A DNA stretch of 32,000 nt from Candidatus Heimdallarchaeota archaeon. GTDB taxonomy: Archaea; Asgardarchaeota; Heimdallarchaeia; Heimdallarchaeales; Kariarchaeaceae. The notes beneath the pieces were generated by a model. The model saw nothing but the letters and a program-made list of their open reading frames with translations, was not told where the DNA came from and searched no databases. Each line of letters opens with the position of its first letter. Within the stretch, counting starts at the first letter, position 1. Below, in pieces: positions 26,029 to 32,000 of the stretch. Both the position numbers and the translations under genes were made by a program. The DNA is taken from NCBI GenBank assembly GCA_030149205.1, contig JASBSB010000001.1, positions 120,001 to 152,000 of the forward strand, given 5' to 3'.

Positions 26029-26376
26029 ATTCTCAAAGAAATCTGTAATACTCTTTTGACTCATCCTTTTTTCTAATCTCTCTAGCTTCATATCTTTGAA
26101 TTCTTGAAGCAGTGAATTTGCTTCGTCATCCAATGCAAAAGCGAGAACAATTTGATCTTTTAGAACATCCACATCAGCTAACTCCTCAATAAAATTGGTA
26201 AAAAAAAGATTGTTGTTATCGGTCAACTTGATAACACCATCCTTTGTGGCTTGTCTTAGTTTGATTGTTGCTTGAAGGAGTTCACCTAACTCTTCAATTA
26301 GTTTGTCTATCTGATGATTGATCCCAAATGTCTTGACTGCTTTTAAACTGATCTCCCGTCGTTTGTTAGCATCCAT
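26020..26376 (-). CDS. MazG-like NTP pyrophosphohydrolase
   Basis: QIDKLIEELGELLQA...FIEELADVDV (EExxE...ExxD). Confidence 0.8.
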   Translation of the reverse strand: MDANKRREISLKAVKTFGINHQIDKLIEELGELLQATIKLRQATKDGVIKLTDNNNLFFTNFIEELADVDVLKDQIVLAFALDDEANSLLQEFKDMKLERLEKRMSQKSITDFFENSD

Positions 26377-26499
26377 CTCTATTCATTTAGTATTTCCTTA
26401 AATTATAAAGTCATCTATGAAATCAAGGGAACATTAATTCAGTAACCAATTAATTTCTAATAATTTTATTCATCGTTTTATGAAACCCTTTATACTGAT

Positions 26500-26904
26500 T
26501 TATTCATATCTCCAGCTAATTACAGTATTATTAACAGGAACCATCTGGTCGACTGCTAAAGAACCCCGAACATTATTGAGGTAGTATATCCAAAATGCAT
26601 TTGATCGATTAATGTTGTTAAACACTCCATCAATGGAGGTAACAAAATATCCCAAATTAGGATACACCTTAATTGTAACGTTGTTATCAAGGATTGTCAA
26701 GTTATAAACTGTAAGTGTGGTGTTGAGGAGATAAGATTTTTGGATATCCGGTTTTATTCCATTAAACTTGACTTCTAGAGAATAATAGATTAAACCAACC
26801 GAAACACCTCCTTTTTGTTGATTTTGATTAAAGAGATACAAAGCGCCAGTTAATGTAATTAAGATAAATAACAACATCACCAAGAACAATAGAGTTCTTT
26901 TCAT
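26500..26904 (-). CDS. DUF4430 (transcobalamin-like C-terminal) membrane-anchored substrate-binding protein
   Basis: N-terminal TM; GYFVTSIDGV...WIYYLNN...LAVDQ...ISWRYE. Confidence 0.8.
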   Translation of the reverse strand: MKRTLLFLVMLLFILITLTGALYLFNQNQQKGGVSVGLIYYSLEVKFNGIKPDIQKSYLLNTTLTVYNLTILDNNVTIKVYPNLGYFVTSIDGVFNNINRSNAFWIYYLNNVRGSLAVDQMVPVNNTVISWRYE

Positions 26905-27530
26905 TTATTGACCCCACGTGATTGAAGTAAATAATCATAGTTTATCTGTACGACGGGTAACACTGTTCTTTCTATATAGGGCAATGTGGCAAATAGATAG
27001 CTGTTTGCAACTACATGAATAATGGTAAAATTTATTCCAAATATAAATGTGGTCAGATAGACCGAGATAAATTCAAGAGGAGTTGTAATGAAGAACAAGC
27101 TTGTTCCTAAGGTCACCACCATATCCCAAATAAGTGTAAAGAAGGCACCAATTATCAGAAATTCATAAGCCTTCTCGACTTTGAACTTATAACTTAAATG
27201 ACCAGCAATCAAAAATAACAACCAGCCTATAACTTTAAGTGGGAATACAAGCAACCCTAACCCAAAAGTAAGTGAGGCTAATACTTCCCAGGAAAATATT
27301 ATAACCAAACTCGTCACCAAGGCAAATTTTGTCCTAAATAAATACCCAATGAAAAAGATACTAAAAGAAATTATCTCCACATTTGGTATAGTGATGAGTA
27401 ACCAGTTAATTCCAAGAACTGCTGCTCCAAGTTCAATCATTAATGCTTTGGTTTGCAGCTTCTCATCTGTGGACTCGAAATTTGAGATAATTTCATACGT
27501 ATTTTCCTCTGTCTTAGTATGTGAATTCAA
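26901..27530 (-). CDS. ECF transporter S component (CbrT-like)
   Basis: Six hydrophobic segments, IPNVEIIS and HVVANS; overlaps the DUF4430 start by 4 nt. Confidence 0.75.
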   Translation of the reverse strand: MNSHTKTEENTYEIISNFESTDEKLQTKALMIELGAAVLGINWLLITIPNVEIISFSIFFIGYLFRTKFALVTSLVIIFSWEVLASLTFGLGLLVFPLKVIGWLLFLIAGHLSYKFKVEKAYEFLIIGAFFTLIWDMVVTLGTSLFFITTPLEFISVYLTTFIFGINFTIIHVVANSYLFATLPYIERTVLPVVQINYDYLLQSRGVNK

Positions 27531-27579
27531 TTGATTTCTTTACCTAGTTTAATTAATAGGATTTTTAACCTATAACTTA

Positions 27580-28887
27580 GTGACAGGTTCAACTGAACCT
27601 AGATTAACAACAGAAGACCTAGGAATTTCGTATACTCACCCATCAGAGGTTAAAGTTTTCGAGCACGTAGATTTGACCATTACTCAGGGGAAGATTGTAC
27701 TAATCACCGGAAAAAATGGATCGGGAAAGTCTACGCTAATTTCAACTTTACTTCAAGCACATGCTAAAGGCTCAATCAAAAGCTCAGGAAGAATAAAAAT
27801 TCTAAAAGGTGAAACGTTAAACTATTTATCACAAAAACCGGCATTCCACCTTCTAACGCAGCGGGTAGATGAAGAGCTAGCCAGCCCCTTAGGATTTAAA
27901 AGAGTCCCAAGGGAAGAAAGGAGACATAGAGTTATTGATGTAATAAATCAATTTAATTTCAAACCGACTCTCGAAAGGAATCCATTAAAACTGTCTTCGG
28001 GTGAACAACAGCTTCTGTTATTGATGGTGGGAAAAATTTCAGATTCTGATATTTTTCTTTTAGACGAACCATTTTCAATGCTTGATAAAACAAACGAAGA
28101 GTCAGTCATCAGTGCGTTGAACGTCTTAAAGGGACTCGGGAAGAGTATAGTTGTCGTATCACATCGACCACCTTTAAATTTGCTAAAATATATTGACAAC
28201 ATATTTTTGATTGAAGATTTTAGATTAAAACAAACTTCAATTCCCACATTCAAAAATCACTTAGAACATTTGCAGGAGTTTGTAAATAGCTTACTGTCCA
28301 AATCAACTCAAAAGGAAAGGAATTTAGCCATTTATTGGGACAGTATGATATCTGTAGGAAGAGCTGAGATGTTATTTCAATGCCCTCCCATGAATATTAA
28401 CTCTGGAGAGATCGTATGTTTTAGTGGATCAAACGGTTCAGGTAAAACTACATTTTTGTTAACCCTACATGGAAGCATTTCACCATTGGAAGGGTCGGTA
28501 ACCAAAAAAGCAAAGACAAAGTTTGTACCTGCTGATCCACTACTTTTCTTTATGGATGGAGAAATAAAGTCCTTGCTTAAAGAATACAAAATTGATAAAA
28601 TGGATATTCCTAACAAATTCAAATCTGTGGAGACAATATTCCAACTTTCAGAGGGACAACAAAAACTATTTGGCTTGTTCTTGGTATTTTTTAGTGACAC
28701 AGAGATTCTTTTATTAGATGAGCCTACGTTTGCATTAGATAGTGAAAACATTAAACTCCTATTAAAATGGTTAAGTGAGACTGAAAAGACTGTAATTATC
28801 GCATCGCATGAAGTTTTATTGTTTGGAAAACTACCTAATAAGTCGTACACAATCACTTCCAAAAAGGCAATTAAGATGAGGAGATAA
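27580..28887 (+). CDS. ECF transporter fused double ATPase (A-A')
   Basis: Two ABC cassettes: GKNGSGKST / LSSGEQQ / LLDEPF and GSNGSGKTT / LSEGQQK / LLDEPT. GTG start. Confidence 0.88.
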   Translation: MTGSTEPRLTTEDLGISYTHPSEVKVFEHVDLTITQGKIVLITGKNGSGKSTLISTLLQAHAKGSIKSSGRIKILKGETLNYLSQKPAFHLLTQRVDEELASPLGFKRVPREERRHRVIDVINQFNFKPTLERNPLKLSSGEQQLLLLMVGKISDSDIFLLDEPFSMLDKTNEESVISALNVLKGLGKSIVVVSHRPPLNLLKYIDNIFLIEDFRLKQTSIPTFKNHLEHLQEFVNSLLSKSTQKERNLAIYWDSMISVGRAEMLFQCPPMNINSGEIVCFSGSNGSGKTTFLLTLHGSISPLEGSVTKKAKTKFVPADPLLFFMDGEIKSLLKEYKIDKMDIPNKFKSVETIFQLSEGQQKLFGLFLVFFSDTEILLLDEPTFALDSENIKLLLKWLSETEKTVIIASHEVLLFGKLPNKSYTITSKKAIKMRR

Positions 28888-28892
28888 CTTAA

Positions 28893-29573
28893 ATGGAAGT
28901 TGAATTTCGAATAAAATTGCTGCTCGTACTGCTCCCCTTTGGATTAACATTTCTAAACGTACTTCCCTCTCTACATTTTCTGCTTGTATTTTCTCTCGGA
29001 CTTGCTCTCGTTAGTCTAGGTTATAGAAAAGTTATTTCTCTATTGTGGTCACTCAAATGGATTATTTTGTTGGCCTCGTTGATTTTAATCCTAATTTCCC
29101 CCAATTTTTTAACTTTAAATTTCCTTGAGAAATTTTTGATAATGATTGGATTATTGGCTTTTTTAACAACTCAACTCAACTCTAGTGAGCTTTATGACCT
29201 GATGATTAAATCAAAGTTCCCTCATACATTTGCTTGGACAGTAACTCAAATTCAGAGAAATATGGAGTTTTTTGTTGATGAATTTCAAATTCTCCTTGAG
29301 ATTCATAAAAGTAATCTAGATCAGGGATTCTTGTTACAAAGAATTAAAGCCCGTGTTAAATTTTCCACGTCGCTTTTAATCCTGGCATATGTTAGAGCTA
29401 TACAAAGAGCAAAAATTCTTCCAATAACCTTACGTTCAAGAGGATGGAAGGGGGCACACGAAAATTTATTTTTAAACATCACTCCAAAGCCTACAAATTG
29501 GCTAACAGTGCTGTTGATCTTTTCTGTCGAATTAATCGCAATTATTGGTACATATACATTCACACTTACATAA
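28893..29573 (+). CDS. ECF transporter T component (CbiQ/EcfT)
   Basis: Hydrophobic N-terminal half plus RAIQRA...LRSRGW coupling helices. Confidence 0.85.
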   Translation: MEVEFRIKLLLVLLPFGLTFLNVLPSLHFLLVFSLGLALVSLGYRKVISLLWSLKWIILLASLILILISPNFLTLNFLEKFLIMIGLLAFLTTQLNSSELYDLMIKSKFPHTFAWTVTQIQRNMEFFVDEFQILLEIHKSNLDQGFLLQRIKARVKFSTSLLILAYVRAIQRAKILPITLRSRGWKGAHENLFLNITPKPTNWLTVLLIFSVELIAIIGTYTFTLT

Positions 29574-29604
29574 AATATAGATAGAAGAAGATGGAATCTA
29601 AGTT

Positions 29605-30837
29605 ATGGCTGAAGCCCTTGATCAATACGAGATTGACCTGAGAATTTATGATGGTGTGGAGGGAAACTTCCTCTGGTACCAAAATTATTTTCAAACTCAG
29701 AGGGAAGATTATTTTAACAAGGGAATTGAAGGCTCGGTAACATCTAAGGTCATATCATATTTTTTTGGTGGAATGGAGAACTTGGTAAAGGCTGATTCTT
29801 ATTTTTGGAAGGGTGATTTCAAATCAGCTGTAAATGAATATACAAAGTCTCTCCGTGAGTTTAGTCTTTTTAAATCTTCAAGAGGAGCGAGCTTTAAACT
29901 TGATCTGTTAACACTTAAAAATATTCATTGGGTTAAAGGTATGATAGCTCTAAGCAGAGCCCTTCAAATGCCAGGTGACAAAAAATCCTTTGATTACTTC
30001 TCCGAAGCCCTGTTAGAATTTAACAATGAAGTTAATCAATCCACTGAAATGAAAGAAGAAATTAGTATGCTGGTGTCATTTTCGAGAGCTTCATTAACAG
30101 AAGCATTACTCTGGCAAGCGCGTGGAAACCAGGTAGAGATTGATAACAGCGCCGAAGCAAAAAGAAGATTGATGAAGGCAAGATCCGCAGTCCGACAGGC
30201 ACAATACATTAACAAGTTAGTGACTGAATTTACCGAAAGTATAGAAGAAAATCTAGATAACTTAACTCGAAAGCGGATTTTGGTGAAAGCAGATAAACTT
30301 GCGGTCCAAGGAACCATTGCGTCAGAAAAATCCGATTATCTTTCAGCAAAACAACTCTTTATTCAATCCAATCTTTTTTATAATAGAGCTGCTCAATTAG
30401 CCGAATCTGCGGGAAATAGAAGGATATTACTTTCAATGTCTAAGGTTATGGAAGCATCAATTTTTGAATGTGACGCCAATGAGATGTATCGAAAAAATAA
30501 CAATCTCAAAGAGGCACAGCTCAAATTTGATGAGGGCTCTTTGATAATAGATAAAGCAATCGCTTTATTGGGGTCATTGGGTTCATCGGAACTTAGAGAC
30601 TCGTTCACTGCCCAAAGAGATTACTATTCAGCAATGGCTCTCTATTGTAAAGCAACACAAAGCTTTGATGAAGAAATTTATGATGAAGCTAAGGAGTTGT
30701 ACCTGACTGCAAAGGACAAATTCCTCTCAGCAATTCAATTAGGTAAGAAATCTCAGAACACCACTATTGTGGAATTAACAGGTCAAGCACTTGCAGAAGT
30801 AGAAAGTTATTTACAACTGTGTGATACATTTCTTTAG
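29605..30837 (+). CDS. All-alpha helical-repeat (TPR/SNAP-like) protein
   Basis: 410 aa Ala-rich amphipathic repeats (KADSYFWKGDFKSAVNEY, SEKSDYLSAKQLF, FDEEIYDEAKELY). Confidence 0.7.
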   Translation: MAEALDQYEIDLRIYDGVEGNFLWYQNYFQTQREDYFNKGIEGSVTSKVISYFFGGMENLVKADSYFWKGDFKSAVNEYTKSLREFSLFKSSRGASFKLDLLTLKNIHWVKGMIALSRALQMPGDKKSFDYFSEALLEFNNEVNQSTEMKEEISMLVSFSRASLTEALLWQARGNQVEIDNSAEAKRRLMKARSAVRQAQYINKLVTEFTESIEENLDNLTRKRILVKADKLAVQGTIASEKSDYLSAKQLFIQSNLFYNRAAQLAESAGNRRILLSMSKVMEASIFECDANEMYRKNNNLKEAQLKFDEGSLIIDKAIALLGSLGSSELRDSFTAQRDYYSAMALYCKATQSFDEEIYDEAKELYLTAKDKFLSAIQLGKKSQNTTIVELTGQALAEVESYLQLCDTFL

Positions 30838-31688
30838 ATTATTTCAGATTTATTGGGGGGGACATACGGGGAATAGCCATTGGGATCAAAAGATACTTCT
30901 TTATACCCGAATTTCTTTAAAATTGATTTTATACGATCTATATTTGAGCTTAGTATTCCAATTTCATCTCTGGACACTTGAATAAGTGCCTCATCATTCC
31001 CTAGATCACGAACACGGAGGATACGAAATTCAAAATTTTGCCTCAGGTACGATTCAGAGCTGTCTACTCTTTTTAATATATCCTGATCAATTTTGACGCC
31101 AGTATACACCCTACTTGCAAGACAAGGTAATGAAGGTTTATTCCAATTTGTCAATCCATTTTCATGAGCTATAGTTCGTATTTCTTCCTTTGTTAATTTG
31201 AAATCTGCAAGAGGTGTCGCTGCTCCTAATTCACTGATAGCTTTGTAACCTGGTCTATGACCTGAAAGGTCAGAATAATTTGTTCCATTAACCACAACGT
31301 CATAAGAGAGTTCCACTCTTAACTGCTCTAGCTTTGAATGAAGAAGCTGTTTACAATAATAACACCTGTTTGCAGGGTTTTGGGCATAATTAACACTTTC
31401 TTCAAATTCATTGTACTTGATCACATGTAACCCTAGATTCAATTGCTTTGCGACATTTCGAGCATTTTCAATCTCACCTGATGCAAGACTGTCACCATCT
31501 TGAATAACTAGGAGAACAGAATTTGCTATTTTGGATAGTAGGAATGCAACTACCGTTGAGTCTACACCACCTGAAAAGGCTACAATTACCCTTTTGTTTT
31601 TGAACATATCCTGTAGTTTCTTTATTTTAACCTCTATAGCATCGCGATTCAGAATTTGTAACAACTTTACTTCTCCCAACCTGACCAA
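30834..31688 (-). CDS. larE: ATP-dependent sacrificial sulfur transferase LarE (TIGR00268 family); probable start TTG 31664
   Basis: AFSGGVDS (PP-loop), NRCYYCK, NGTNYSD...HRPG, KPSLPCLASRV and LRVRD. TTG at 31664 lies just after the upstream stop at 31667. Confidence 0.85.
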   Translation of the reverse strand: MVRLGEVKLLQILNRDAIEVKIKKLQDMFKNKRVIVAFSGGVDSTVVAFLLSKIANSVLLVIQDGDSLASGEIENARNVAKQLNLGLHVIKYNEFEESVNYAQNPANRCYYCKQLLHSKLEQLRVELSYDVVVNGTNYSDLSGHRPGYKAISELGAATPLADFKLTKEEIRTIAHENGLTNWNKPSLPCLASRVYTGVKIDQDILKRVDSSESYLRQNFEFRILRVRDLGNDEALIQVSRDEIGILSSNIDRIKSILKKFGYKEVSFDPNGYSPYVPPNKSEII

Positions 31689-32000
31689 CCTAACTTTTTC
31701 TTTTTATCAGGTGGTACTGGAGCTCCTTCAGGTATGTCTTCTTTATCTATATGTTTTTCACTCTTCGATTTTTCAGGTTTAGGAATAGATGGAGCAGGGA
31801 TGTTATACTTGTTAGTTTTTACCTTTCCAATATTTTGACCCTCAACATTTTTCTCTGGAAGTGAAGACAGAGGAATATTTGAATTTGGGGCAACTTTATC
31901 AGGTTTCATTTCCATCTGATCTGAACTGTTTGAAGATGTAGTATTCTTAGGCGATGGGATATCTGCGTTAATTAAGGGGTTAACTTTTGGATTTGGGGGA
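31667..32000 (-). CDS. C-terminal Pro/Lys/Ser-rich part of a protein that starts beyond the window
   Basis: The frame of the listed 82 aa ORF stays open to the window end (PPNPKVNPLINADIPSPKNTTSSNSSDQMEMKP...). Confidence 0.6.
   Translation of the reverse strand, partial: PPNPKVNPLINADIPSPKNTTSSNSSDQMEMKPDKVAPNSNIPLSSLPEKNVEGQNIGKVKTNKYNIPAPSIPKPEKSKSEKHIDKEDIPEGAPVPPDKKKKLGWSGWEK

Noticed and set aside
30834-31688. Complete nickel-pincer (lar) cofactor operon
   Set aside because: Only larE is visible; no larA, larB or larC in the window.
2247-31782. Short alternative-frame ORFs in the track (2247, 7490, 8620, 8904, 9879, 10752, 11448, 15097, 16372, 16642, 17467, 24930, 25363, 25851, 27349, 27948, 28377, 29321, 30036, 30393, 31531)
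   Set aside because: All are antisense shadows of well-supported genes, with no recognisable motifs.

Overview
Archaeal window: TBP, TFE-alpha, a RadA-family ATPase and a tRNA with bulge-helix-bulge introns. The LRR, RING-like and helical-repeat proteins suggest an Asgard (Heimdallarchaeia-like) host, which is inference. Housekeeping flanks (about 1-13.97 kb and 23.06-32 kb) enclose a visibly AT-richer ~9 kb island downstream of tbp. The island carries a tightly coupled minus-strand five-gene operon: a Cap4/DUF4297-like PD-(D/E)XK nuclease, a wHTH protein with a degenerate Mrr-like region, a 733 aa Argonaute (catalytic tetrad lost, Cys-rich PAZ insert), a second ~590 aa PAZ-less inactive Argonaute-like protein, and a Cas4/AddB-like 4-Cys nuclease. 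A DUF4238 gene lies upstream. This tandem double-Argonaute plus two-nuclease operon is the main candidate for an undescribed nucleic-acid-guided defence system. The flanks contain a tRNA-Gln(CTG) with two introns (37/38 and 59/60), a cellulose-synthase-like GT2, an FAD oxidoreductase, a beta-helix surface protein, an amidohydrolase, two LRR proteins, a membrane-anchored RING-like protein, an ECF transporter with a DUF4430 partner, a MazG-like gene and larE. All family assignments come from motif recognition by eye; no database searches were run.
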